Assembly (NCBI GenBank): GCA_035297425.1
Contig: DATGYZ010000031.1
Span: 130,776-194,775 of the forward strand
Direction: 5' to 3'
From: Bacteroidales bacterium
Lineage (GTDB): Bacteria; Bacteroidota; Bacteroidia; Bacteroidales; VadinHA17
DNA: 64,000 nucleotides
The notes below the pieces were generated by a model. That model searched no databases and had not been told where the DNA came from. It saw nothing but the letters and a program-made list of their open reading frames with translations. Below, piece by piece: positions 10,616-19,142 of the stretch. How positions within the stretch are numbered: position 1 is the first letter of the stretch; each line of letters opens with the position of its first letter. The translations under genes were made by a program, and so were the position numbers.

Positions 10616-11515
10616 TCAATAAATCTCAGGCACGAATGTCTGGTCAGTCACAGGCGGCCTTACATAAGCTACATCATGCTTCAGAGGAGGAAGCTTGAAA
10701 GGTTTAGGGGTAAGGTCCTCGTAAGGAATTATGCTTAAAAGATGGTTGATGCAATTGAGTCTTGCTCTTTTTTTGTCATCTGCATGAACGACATACCATG
10801 GAGCCTGTTTTGTATCGGTAAATGAAAACATTTTATCCTTAGCCATTGAGTATTCGACCCATTTGTCCCGGGACTCGATATCCATCGGGCTGATCTTCCA
10901 TCTTTTTGTAGGATCCTTGATCCTTTCCTGGAATCGTTTCTCCTGCTCGTGATCGCTAACAGAAAACCAGTATTTTATTAGTATCGTACCTGACCTGATC
11001 AGCATTCTTTCGAATTCAGGGCATGAGCGAAGGAATTCCTCATACTCTTCGCTTGTGCAGTATCCCATTACTTTCTCAACTCCTGCCCTGTTGTACCAGC
11101 TGCGGTCAAAAAGGACGATCTCACCACCGGCAGGCAGTTGTGATGCATATCTCTGGAAGTACCATTGGCTTTTCTCTTTTTCTGTAGGAATACCAAGAGC
11201 AACTATCCTGCAGATCCTGGGATTGAGACATCCTGCAATAGTTTTAATCACCCCACCTTTACCTGCAGCATCCCTGCCTTCAAACACTACAACAACTTTA
11301 AGCTTTTTTGCTTTAACCCATTCCTGGAGTTTTACAAGTTCAATCTCCTGTTTCAGCAACATCTTTTCGTAAGTCTTCCCTTTTATCTTCTTCTTTTTTT
11401 CGGGTTCGATGTCATAATAAAGATCTGCTTTGACAGCAGCTTTAACCTTGTTATTGTTTCCGGAATCTTTCTTCTTTGATTCCTTTTTACTGTTTTTTGC
11501 AATTCCATTTGCCAT
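10616..11515 (-). CDS. ppk2: polyphosphate kinase 2 (single-domain PPK2)
   Basis: Walker A-like FEGRDAAGKGG, FDRSWYNR and the rest of the PPK2 fold. It has a Lys-rich N-terminal tail. Confidence 0.85.
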   Translation of the reverse strand: MANGIAKNSKKESKKKDSGNNNKVKAAVKADLYYDIEPEKKKKIKGKTYEKMLLKQEIELVKLQEWVKAKKLKVVVVFEGRDAAGKGGVIKTIAGCLNPRICRIVALGIPTEKEKSQWYFQRYASQLPAGGEIVLFDRSWYNRAGVEKVMGYCTSEEYEEFLRSCPEFERMLIRSGTILIKYWFSVSDHEQEKRFQERIKDPTKRWKISPMDIESRDKWVEYSMAKDKMFSFTDTKQAPWYVVHADDKKRARLNCINHLLSIIPYEDLTPKPFKLPPLKHDVAYVRPPVTDQTFVPEIY

Positions 11516-11591
11516 AGGTCAGGGTATTAAGAAGTTGAAATATAGCAAATTTTTTTAAATAACCTTAAATTCATCAACCCCTGTTATACAT

Positions 11592-11628
11592 AAAAAAAAG
11601 CCTTTAAAGTTCAAATGCTTTAAAGGCT
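11592..11628 (-). terminator. intrinsic terminator downstream of the DUF4870-like gene
   Basis: 11-bp perfect stem (AGCCTTTAAAG / CTTTAAAGGCT) followed on the minus strand by an 8-U run. Confidence 0.7.
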
Positions 11629-11656
11629 GTCTTTGTACTTAATATTTTAACTTCTG

Positions 11657-12013
11657 CTATTGGATGAACGGTATTGAAAGAGGGTATTTGAAATATTCTC
11701 CCCTGGCGGCTTTAACACTTGCAATCGTTATGCAAACGATCTTGAGTATCCCAAGGGCTACAATTAAAGGTATGCCGATAACTATGAAGACGAGTGGCAG
11801 CACAAGTATTGAATAGAGCAGTATTGAAAGATTAAAGTTCAGCGCAGCCTTGCCATTAAGGTTTACCCAGGCTGATTCATCTTTTTTTGATAGCCAGAAA
11901 ATAAGTGGCCCTATGATTCCTCCGAATGGAAAGAAGAAGCCCGCAAAGGAAGAAATATGGCACAGCATTGCCCAGTTTCTTTCGGATTCTGATATTATTT
12001 TGTTCTCTTCCAT
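11657..12013 (-). CDS. small multi-pass membrane protein (DUF4870-like)
   Basis: Three predicted TM helices. N-terminal ERNWAMLCHISSF...GPLIFWL pattern as in DUF4870 proteins. Confidence 0.55.
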   Translation of the reverse strand: MEENKIISESERNWAMLCHISSFAGFFFPFGGIIGPLIFWLSKKDESAWVNLNGKAALNFNLSILLYSILVLPLVFIVIGIPLIVALGILKIVCITIASVKAARGEYFKYPLSIPFIQ

Positions 12014-12059
12014 AGTTCTTTATTTTACTAAAAGACGATGATCGCTGAATAATGCTGCA

Positions 12060-12914
12060 TCAGTCAGCCAGTCTTTTCAGATCAGCTGCAAGAAATCCGT
12101 TTGGAGCTGTTTTACTAATAACATGCTGGTTGTAATAGTACATGTTAGCATCGTCGGTTCCAATAAGCATCTTAAAACAAAGTCCGCCATTCTGATCTCC
12201 TGCAGGACCAACCTTATGCAGAATAACTGTTGATGGTAATTTCTTCTCAATAGCTTCCATGATCTTCTCTTCGGGAACTATTTCAATCCTGCCCTTATAA
12301 ATTGCCGATATCTTTTTCATATCAGAAATTTCAGGAGCAAGATCTTCCTGCTTCACCAGGATAGTTTTGTTTTTTACATCAGGTATAAACCTGTTATAAT
12401 ACCGGAGATACCTCCTCCCGGTAAGTGACGGGTCTGCAAGGATCATCTGTGCATGCTTCTGCATAAAGGCAAGAACTGCCCCAAGCTTATAGCTGTAATC
12501 ATCTTCTTCTTCACCAGCAAATGACAACGGGATGGCACATATCTCGGGCATTTCGCCAAGCACATTTACATCCTTACCCTGCAGGAGATTGATGTAGTTG
12601 AAAAGTCCGTTCGACTTATCCTTTTCGTAATTTGTTTGTGTAAGTACAATGAATGAATATTTCGGATCTGTCCTCCTTACATTGAACTCTTTAACATCGA
12701 TAAACTCATAAGGAGTTATCTTCCAGAATGCCTCAACACCATCTTTTATATATTGATTATAAAAAGAAAATGCATTGTCTTCGAGCACAACGCATGTTTT
12801 TGATGCTTCGAACTGTTTAATCTCATCCTTACTGGGAAAAGGAGCCTGGCCGGATAGCTGGATTGCTGTAAAAAGCAACAGCCCCGTAATTAATCTTGAT
12901 TTCATGGATATCAT
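12060..12914 (-). CDS. secreted hypothetical protein
   Basis: ORF 12060..13007 trimmed to Met32. Its ATG overlaps the upstream stop (TAATG) and precedes a signal peptide (MISMKSRLITGLLLFTAIQLSG). No domain recognised. Confidence 0.45.
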   Translation of the reverse strand: MISMKSRLITGLLLFTAIQLSGQAPFPSKDEIKQFEASKTCVVLEDNAFSFYNQYIKDGVEAFWKITPYEFIDVKEFNVRRTDPKYSFIVLTQTNYEKDKSNGLFNYINLLQGKDVNVLGEMPEICAIPLSFAGEEEDDYSYKLGAVLAFMQKHAQMILADPSLTGRRYLRYYNRFIPDVKNKTILVKQEDLAPEISDMKKISAIYKGRIEIVPEEKIMEAIEKKLPSTVILHKVGPAGDQNGGLCFKMLIGTDDANMYYYNQHVISKTAPNGFLAADLKRLAD

Positions 12915-13669
12915 TACTGGGGAAGATATAAAGGATTTTTTTCGTTGTATTTCCTGATATAAACAAACATCATCTCCTTCCTTTTTCTCCTGGGAAGTGA
13001 AACCCATTCCTCATACAGTTGTGCATCTTTCATCAGAAGAAGCTCGGTATTCTGCATATCAAATTCCATCACTTTCCCGTTCTCAAAATCTATAATGTAC
13101 TGTTTAAGCTCCTCACGCGAGGTATTTGAATGCCTGTAAGGCGAATAATAAGAACCATAAGGATTATAGTAGTTATATGGTGAATAGTAATAATACGGAT
13201 CATAATATCCACCATAACCGTAAGGATCATAATACCTTGAATCATAAGTCACGATATCGGCAACAAAGTGACTTATATTACCTACAAATGTGATCCTGTT
13301 GAAGTTCTCCTGTATCTGGACATACAGTACCCCGTTCCTGGAATAACCCCAGAGATCAGCTTTGGTAACCTCCTGCCTGATACCCATGTTATCATAAAAG
13401 TATATCTTTTCATTCTCCAGAACCTTCTTATAAAACTCCCTGTCATTATAATCAACTGATGTCAACAGCTTGGCTTTGGGTATTGGATTGTTCTCTTTTA
13501 CCTGGTCGAAATTGAGGTAAATTCCATCCTTAAAACGAAAATCTGGAGTGTATTTAACGATGGTTTTGCTTTCTTCCTCTCCGGAAGGTATTACCTGACC
13601 GGTTAATACCATGGGAAGCAATGATACGATAAGACCAACTAAAATCAGAATCCGCTTCATATTCAACAT
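12914..13669 (-). CDS. secreted hypothetical protein with Tyr/Pro-rich low-complexity core
   Basis: Signal peptide. No domain recognised. Residues ~142-178 are about half tyrosine. Confidence 0.45.
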   Translation of the reverse strand: MLNMKRILILVGLIVSLLPMVLTGQVIPSGEEESKTIVKYTPDFRFKDGIYLNFDQVKENNPIPKAKLLTSVDYNDREFYKKVLENEKIYFYDNMGIRQEVTKADLWGYSRNGVLYVQIQENFNRITFVGNISHFVADIVTYDSRYYDPYGYGGYYDPYYYYSPYNYYNPYGSYYSPYRHSNTSREELKQYIIDFENGKVMEFDMQNTELLLMKDAQLYEEWVSLPRRKRKEMMFVYIRKYNEKNPLYLPQ

Positions 13670-13804
13670 AGTCTACCGAAATATAATCTAATCCGATCAA
13701 ATATTGTACCACCAGAGACAAAATTAACGTTTTCCTTTGAAGGTTGTTAAATTCTCTTGATGTATATTTACTTTCGAAATTAAAAATTAAAGAACAACAA
13801 GGCC

Positions 13805-15136
13805 ATGGCTCCGGAAACAGCAAATAACGATAGCAGGCATTCTTCAGGTTCAGTCATTGAAACTCTGAGGAAAAACACCGGGCTGTTACTGATTTCTGCA
13901 GGTTTACTTGTAGTGGCCATCTTAACACTCACACTTGACCTGAAGCTCATAACCGGTATTTTGATAATAGCTTCAGCATCGTTCTTATTACTTGCTTACA
14001 AAAAGACAGCTGAAACGGGCAGGAAGTTCACAGAATCCTTAAATGAAATCAAGGATCTCAGCGATACCCAGAATGAACTGATAACAAGCTTCTCCCATAA
14101 AATCAGGGAGCCTCTGAATAATGTTGTTATCATTTCTGAAATGCTGATGGAATCTGGTTTGCATAAAAAGCAGCAGGACCTTCTCGAGACTTTCATTGCC
14201 TCTACAAATAACATGGTCACCACTGTAAACGAGCTCTCGATGCACACGGCAGGAAGTGTCAGCAGCGAAGTCCGTAAAGCAATCCGCTTCAACCTGGTTT
14301 CAACGATCGAAAATACTTTTGATCTTTACAGTCTTAAGGATGAAGTTAATCTCGAATTCATTCTCAACAGGAAAGAGCTTAAGGAAACAGAGTTCATTGG
14401 TGATCCGATTGCCCTGAAGCAAATTTTTCTCGATCTTTTTAACAAAATTGAGACTGAAGCTCTTGAAAAAGCCATCACTGTAACTATAAACCTGAAAAAG
14501 ATAAGGGAAACTAGCTCTGAAAGCACAATTGCTTTCAGGATACAAGTTGACAGGAATATAATGCTGATCGAAGAATCAGGAAATTATATGAGTCTTGCAT
14601 CAAGGCTTATTTCTGCAGGAAAAGGTAATTATGACCAGGAATCGGGTGCTAACCATACAATCCTTAACATCTATCTTCCTTTTACAAAATCTACACCGGA
14701 AGCCAGGCAGACACCTGTTTCCACCATAATGGAAGAGCTTTCACACGGACGCGCAAAAAAAGAGCTTAAAGAACTGAAAGTCCTTCTTGTTGAGGATAAT
14801 CTTATTAACCAGAAGATTACAATGCTCACACTAAGCCCTTTTGTTGCAAGTATTGATACTGCATCGAATGGCAAAGAGGCTCTTGATAAGTTCGGGACAT
14901 CAAACTACGACCTGATACTGATGGATATTCAGATGCCGGTGATGAGCGGCCTTACTGCAGCAGAAAAAATACGAGCTCTTGAATCCACGACAAACACTCA
15001 TGTTCCCATTATTGCAATAACGGCAAATGCTATGATAGGTGATAAGGAAAAATGTCTTGCAGTGGGAATAGACGATTATATAAGCAAACCATTCCAGCCT
15101 TCAGCGCTTGTTGAAAAGATAAAGAAAGTCATCTGA
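13805..15136 (+). CDS. hybrid sensor histidine kinase / response regulator with degenerate ATP-binding domain
   Basis: Two TM helices, HisKA H-box (FSHKIREPLNNV), N-box-like GDPIALKQIFLDLFNKIE, and a complete receiver domain (VLLVEDN...LILMDIQMP...DDYISKPF). No DxGxG or GxGLG boxes. Confidence 0.8.
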   Translation: MAPETANNDSRHSSGSVIETLRKNTGLLLISAGLLVVAILTLTLDLKLITGILIIASASFLLLAYKKTAETGRKFTESLNEIKDLSDTQNELITSFSHKIREPLNNVVIISEMLMESGLHKKQQDLLETFIASTNNMVTTVNELSMHTAGSVSSEVRKAIRFNLVSTIENTFDLYSLKDEVNLEFILNRKELKETEFIGDPIALKQIFLDLFNKIETEALEKAITVTINLKKIRETSSESTIAFRIQVDRNIMLIEESGNYMSLASRLISAGKGNYDQESGANHTILNIYLPFTKSTPEARQTPVSTIMEELSHGRAKKELKELKVLLVEDNLINQKITMLTLSPFVASIDTASNGKEALDKFGTSNYDLILMDIQMPVMSGLTAAEKIRALESTTNTHVPIIAITANAMIGDKEKCLAVGIDDYISKPFQPSALVEKIKKVI

Positions 15137-16169
15137 TATCTTTGCTCAGTGGCTTAAACCCTATTACAAGAATATCATCAACCTGGACATTCCTTCCCAT
15201 CCAGTTTTTAATATTTTCCTCGAGAATGGCTTTCTGATCATTGAAGGGAAACTGGTGTATGTTCAATAACATATACCTGAACCTCCTGTACATGAATTTT
15301 TTATTTTCATTTCCTCCGAACTGATCGACATAACCATCAGAGAATATGTAAATTATGTCATCATCCCTGAGATCAAATTCATGATCCTTATATTTCAAAC
15401 CTTCAGGGTTCATGCCGATAATTATCTTGTCACCCTTGATCTCAGTAAGGCTCTCATCCCTGATGACATAAAGAGGGAAGAATGCCCCTGCATAAGTAAG
15501 TTTCTTTTTCCTCTTTTCTATCACACAGAGGCCTACATCCATGCCATCGCGAATAATCGTTCCAAGATTTTTTTCACGGCTGAAGGTTTTTTCAAGGCCT
15601 TTGTTAAGAACTGCAAGAATCTCAGAAGGCTTTTCAAGTCCATCTTCAGTGATAGTTTTTTCTATTATCTCATGACCGATGATTGACATCAGGGCACCAG
15701 GTACACCATGACCGGTACAATCGGCGGCAACAACAAATTTTTTATCACCTTTCTCTCCTATCCAGTAGAAATCTCCGCTTACAATATCCTTAGGCTTAAA
15801 GAAGATGAAGGCATCTGCAAAGTGCTGCCTGAAATAATCTTCTGATGGAAGAAGAGCCTCCTGTATTCGCTGCGCATAAATCAGGCTGTCTGTAATGTTC
15901 TTGTCCTTCGCTTCAAGCTCCAGCCTCTGTTGATCTACAATCTCAAGAGCCTGTTCCTTATCTTTCAGCAGCTTCCTCTGCCTGATGAGTATGCGGGTTT
16001 GAAGACGAAGTATAAGTAAAACAACAGTTAATGCAAGAACAGCATAAAGTATATACCTGTAGAGAGCATCACCCGGAGACAAAATGTTCAAGTCGACATC
16101 ATCATGCAACCATCGCATGAAAAAGGAATAAGAGAATATATAAAGATTCACCCCCATCAGATATCTCAA
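15129..16169 (-). CDS. membrane-anchored PP2C/SpoIIE-family serine phosphatase
   Basis: N-terminal TM helix and coiled coil, then SGDFYW, DCTGHGVPGALMS and SDGYVDQFG motifs of SpoIIE-type phosphatases. Confidence 0.8.
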   Translation of the reverse strand: MRYLMGVNLYIFSYSFFMRWLHDDVDLNILSPGDALYRYILYAVLALTVVLLILRLQTRILIRQRKLLKDKEQALEIVDQQRLELEAKDKNITDSLIYAQRIQEALLPSEDYFRQHFADAFIFFKPKDIVSGDFYWIGEKGDKKFVVAADCTGHGVPGALMSIIGHEIIEKTITEDGLEKPSEILAVLNKGLEKTFSREKNLGTIIRDGMDVGLCVIEKRKKKLTYAGAFFPLYVIRDESLTEIKGDKIIIGMNPEGLKYKDHEFDLRDDDIIYIFSDGYVDQFGGNENKKFMYRRFRYMLLNIHQFPFNDQKAILEENIKNWMGRNVQVDDILVIGFKPLSKDIR

Positions 16170-16212
16170 AAATAATCTTTAAAACCAATCCGCCAATCAA
16201 CATTGCAAATAA

Positions 16213-18093
16213 TCAGGATGCATCTTCAATTTTATCCCTGCCTGGCATTAAAAGCTTCATGTATTTTTCAGAAGGTGACTGAATAATGTCGCCCGTAAAC
16301 ATATCCTTCCATTTAGTATTTACGATATCAATTGTTCCCTGGTCAGAACAGACAACATTGGGCCATTCCCTGGGAAATCCCCCTTTCCTGTAAGCTTTGA
16401 TCGTAGCATCTATAAAAAGGGAGTCCCCGGTAAACATGTGATCTCTCAATGGATCAGTGTTTGAGAGCGCCTGCCATGCAACAACAAAAAGGTCGTTCAC
16501 ATCAACAGTATCATCCACTGTGATGATAAGGGCTTTGCCATCAAGATTAATTTTCAGATACTCCCGTAAATCAGATACCCTGTTATGATTTACCGATTGA
16601 TCGGTTGCAACTATCAGAAGAGGTATGTCTTCATCCGACAGGCTGTTAAACTTTGTTATCAATCCTTTTTTCTTCATTTTTTCTGCGAGCGGTACCAGGT
16701 TCTCTCTGCTTTTGTTTTTCCCCCATTGCCCTTCTTCCTTCATCTTTACTGTAGCATCAATGCCGGCTTTGCCCCCGAACGAAAAAGCATCGGATGAGTG
16801 ATCAAGGACATCAAGCGGCCCCTTGCTGAATAAAATGTCTGACCTGAAGTCAGTATTGGAAAAAATATGCCTCAGTATAGATTTGTAATCTCTTATATCT
16901 ACATCACCGCTTACAACGGCAATATATTTTGAAAACATCATCTGGCCTGCTCCTGCAAGTGAACTGATAACTTTCATTCCCTGTCCGGGATAGCTCTTGT
17001 CGATCTTCACAACCATTAGATTATGTGCTGTTCCAGCAACCGGCATATGAAAGTCCCTGACTTCCGGTGCAAGTGCAAGCCTGACAGGTGATAAAAATAT
17101 CTTTTCAGATGCATAAGCCAGCCATGCATCTTCCTGTGGTGGTATACCGACAATAGTGGCCGGGTATACAGCATTCCTTGCATGAGTGATACACGTTATA
17201 TGAAATTTTGGATACCAGTCGGCAAGTGAGTAAAAGCCTGTATGATCGCCGAAAGGACCCTCAAAAACAAGTTCCTCCGAGGGATCAACATAACCTTCAA
17301 TTACAATATCTGCATCAGCTGGCACATAAAGATCGTTTGTAATACACTTTACAAGATTTACCTTTTTCTTCCGCAGGAATCCTGCAAGAATATATTCATT
17401 AATGTTTTCGGGAAGAGGAGCTGTTGCTGAATAAGTATAAACAGGATCGCCTCCAAGCGTAACAGAGACAGGCATAAGGGCACCTTTTGCCTTCCATGCT
17501 TCAAAATGATTTGCTCCTGTTTTGTGACGCTGCCAGTGCATGGCGGTTGTATTCCTGTCGAGCACCTGCATCCTGTACATTCCCAAATTTACCTGACCTG
17601 TAACAGGATGCTTTGTATGAACCATTGGAAGGGTAATGAACCTTCCTCCATCGTGGGGCCAGCATTTTAGGACAGGAAGTATTCCGATATCAGGATCATT
17701 GTGTATCACCTGCTGGCATATTCCTTTCCTGTCGGAATATGCAGGCATCATTCCTGAAATTTTTGATAATAAGGGTAGTGATGATAATTTTTCAAGGATG
17801 CCCTTCCGTGGTGAGCTGAGATCATTCAAAAGTGTTTCAATATCTTCACCCGCAGAATCCGGATCAGTGATGCCCAGCGCCATTAACATCCTCTTTTCTG
17901 AACCATAGGCATTAATAAGAACAGGAAAGCCTGTCCCGTTATTCTCAAAAAGCAATGCTTTACCATTGCCTCCCTTGATCACCCTGTCAGTTATTTCCGG
18001 GATCTCAAGAACAGGATCAGCAAATACTTTGATCCGCTGCAGCTCTTCTTTTTTTTCAAGGTCACCGATAAATGAAAAAAGCCCCTGGTACAT
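16213..18093 (-). CDS. UbiD-family (prenyl-FMN dependent) decarboxylase, menaquinone-pathway type
   Basis: WQRHKTGANHF, FGDHTGFYS and FIDATIK motifs of the UbiD family. 626 aa long form. Confidence 0.85.
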   Translation of the reverse strand: MYQGLFSFIGDLEKKEELQRIKVFADPVLEIPEITDRVIKGGNGKALLFENNGTGFPVLINAYGSEKRMLMALGITDPDSAGEDIETLLNDLSSPRKGILEKLSSLPLLSKISGMMPAYSDRKGICQQVIHNDPDIGILPVLKCWPHDGGRFITLPMVHTKHPVTGQVNLGMYRMQVLDRNTTAMHWQRHKTGANHFEAWKAKGALMPVSVTLGGDPVYTYSATAPLPENINEYILAGFLRKKKVNLVKCITNDLYVPADADIVIEGYVDPSEELVFEGPFGDHTGFYSLADWYPKFHITCITHARNAVYPATIVGIPPQEDAWLAYASEKIFLSPVRLALAPEVRDFHMPVAGTAHNLMVVKIDKSYPGQGMKVISSLAGAGQMMFSKYIAVVSGDVDIRDYKSILRHIFSNTDFRSDILFSKGPLDVLDHSSDAFSFGGKAGIDATVKMKEEGQWGKNKSRENLVPLAEKMKKKGLITKFNSLSDEDIPLLIVATDQSVNHNRVSDLREYLKINLDGKALIITVDDTVDVNDLFVVAWQALSNTDPLRDHMFTGDSLFIDATIKAYRKGGFPREWPNVVCSDQGTIDIVNTKWKDMFTGDIIQSPSEKYMKLLMPGRDKIEDAS

Positions 18094-18180
18094 CAGTTTA
18101 GGTATAATTCAGGTATAAAGATAATCACAATGACATGATCTAGAGAACAACTGCGAATTTTAAAGGTGATCTTAAGAATG

Positions 18181-18224
18181 AGCATAAAACAAAAATGGGA
18201 ACTAATCTTTTGGAGTAGTTCCCA
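18181..18224 (-). terminator. intrinsic terminator ending the candidate ncRNA
   Basis: 9-bp perfect stem (18196-18204 / 18216-18224, UGGGAACUA...UAGUUCCCA) followed on the minus strand by UUUUUGUUUU. Confidence 0.7.
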
Positions 18225-18680
18225 TTCACCGTTTACAACCGTGGTTGACAACGGTATCAGATTACTGTTATTATGACCGGCTGCCGATACTATGAATAAT
18301 AAAACTCAAATCAGCAACCCTGAGCTTTCAGGCTGTACTTTTTACGGCACTGCCTTCCGGCCGTCCTTTCACACACCTGCGTGTGGTACACGGGACGAAG
18401 TGTCATTCCGGCTTCACTGTTACCTCTCCCGAAGGAGCTGCAGCAATTCAGATTAATTACCAGGCCGAAACCTTTTGTCAATCTGGCCCTGTGACCCAAT
18501 CATTGAAAGAACGTTTCCGGTTTTCATCGATTTGCTGAACACCAGGATTTTCATCCCTTATTCAGACTTCGGCTCTTCTGATGCGCAGACCCGGAGGTCT
18601 GTAAGAAACGGATCCTGTTTCATTTAAGTAACCCTTTCCGTCTCCACATCATCTGAGCGGTCTTTTATCGCTCACCTGAC
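18186..18680 (-). ncRNA. candidate ~495-nt structured non-coding RNA of unassigned family
   Basis: No credible ORF. Bracketed by a consensus promoter and a terminator. Many local helices have minus-strand-specific features: UUCG, UCCG and GAAA tetraloops, plus a helix needing a G-U pair that would be C-A on the other strand. Confidence 0.45.
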
Positions 18681-18684
18681 ATAA

Positions 18685-18715
18685 CAAAGATACAACCTAT
18701 TTCTCCAAAAACAAA
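18685..18715 (-). promoter_or_regulatory. Bacteroidota sigma-A type promoter (TTTG-N19-TAtcTTTG)
   Basis: The minus strand reads gaacaTTTGtttttggagaaataggttgTAtcTTTGttat. Both consensus elements are perfect, with 19-nt spacing. Confidence 0.55.
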
Positions 18716-19013
18716 TGTTCCGGGTCGCTTTTTTGCACACCGTTTCAACAGCATTATGAGGCACCTGTTGATAACCTCGCAAATGCCCATCAAATGGACA
18801 TATGAATTTATTCAAAATAAGACAGAAATATGTTGTTTTTTACCTTTCCTTAAGGATTCAGTCAGTTGGTCATAATAAAAGATAAGTTTATCTTATTTTA
18901 TACCTGTTTGGGCAAAATTTTTCAGAAGGGGATTAAACAAACCTCGTTTTCATGGACATTCCTGTGAAAAGATGTAATTGAAGGAAATTATGACGTAGTA
19001 ACTATCTGGAAAA

Positions 19014-19091
19014 AAGGATTGAAGCGGCGTGTTTTGAAGAGAGTATACTGAAATAAGTATATACATTGCAAAACACGCCGCTTCAATCCTT
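19014..19091. repeat. perfect 23-bp inverted repeat with a 32-nt loop
   Basis: AAGGATTGAAGCGGCGTGTTTTG (19014-19036) is the exact reverse complement of 19069-19091. Confidence 0.9.
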
Positions 19092-19142
19092 CCCTTACCC
19101 TGTTTTGCCCGTCATTCCGAAGGAGACATCCGAGCCTGCAAG

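Noticed and set aside
15129-15136. Convergent 8-nt stop-codon overlap as a possible annotation error
   Set aside because: Both reading frames are supported to their ends by conserved domain sequence (receiver domain C-terminus; PP2C C-terminus), so the overlap appears genuine. It is discussed under the kinase finding rather than separately.
18330-18375. SRP (4.5S) RNA-like GCC-GGAA-GGC tetraloop hairpin
   Set aside because: The flanking strands (GGACG / AGUGCC) do not reproduce the conserved domain IV loops (CAGG / AGCA). The hairpin is embedded in a much longer transcript.
18340-18440. Cobalamin-riboswitch-like GAAGCCGG...GUCCCG segment upstream of the UbiD-like gene
   Set aside because: The B12-box and the GGUG-AA-UCC core are absent. 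In addition, a full terminator and a separate -7 box separate it from the gene.
18311-18499. 62-aa ORF inside the candidate ncRNA region
   Set aside because: It has a non-ATG start and an Arg/Cys/Gly-rich composition unlike the other proteins here. It overlaps tetraloop-capped helices. An RNA gene explains it better.
18186-18680. Possibility that the structured RNA is RNase P RNA, tmRNA or 6S RNA
   Set aside because: There is no GAGGAAAGUCC (CR-I) or ACAGAAxCCGGCUUA-type P4 strands. There is no GGGG...ACCA tRNA-like termini, T-arm or ...ALAA tag reading frame. The length of ~495 nt and the multi-hairpin layout do not fit the single long 6S hairpin. This judgement is by eye, so a covariance-model scan is still needed.
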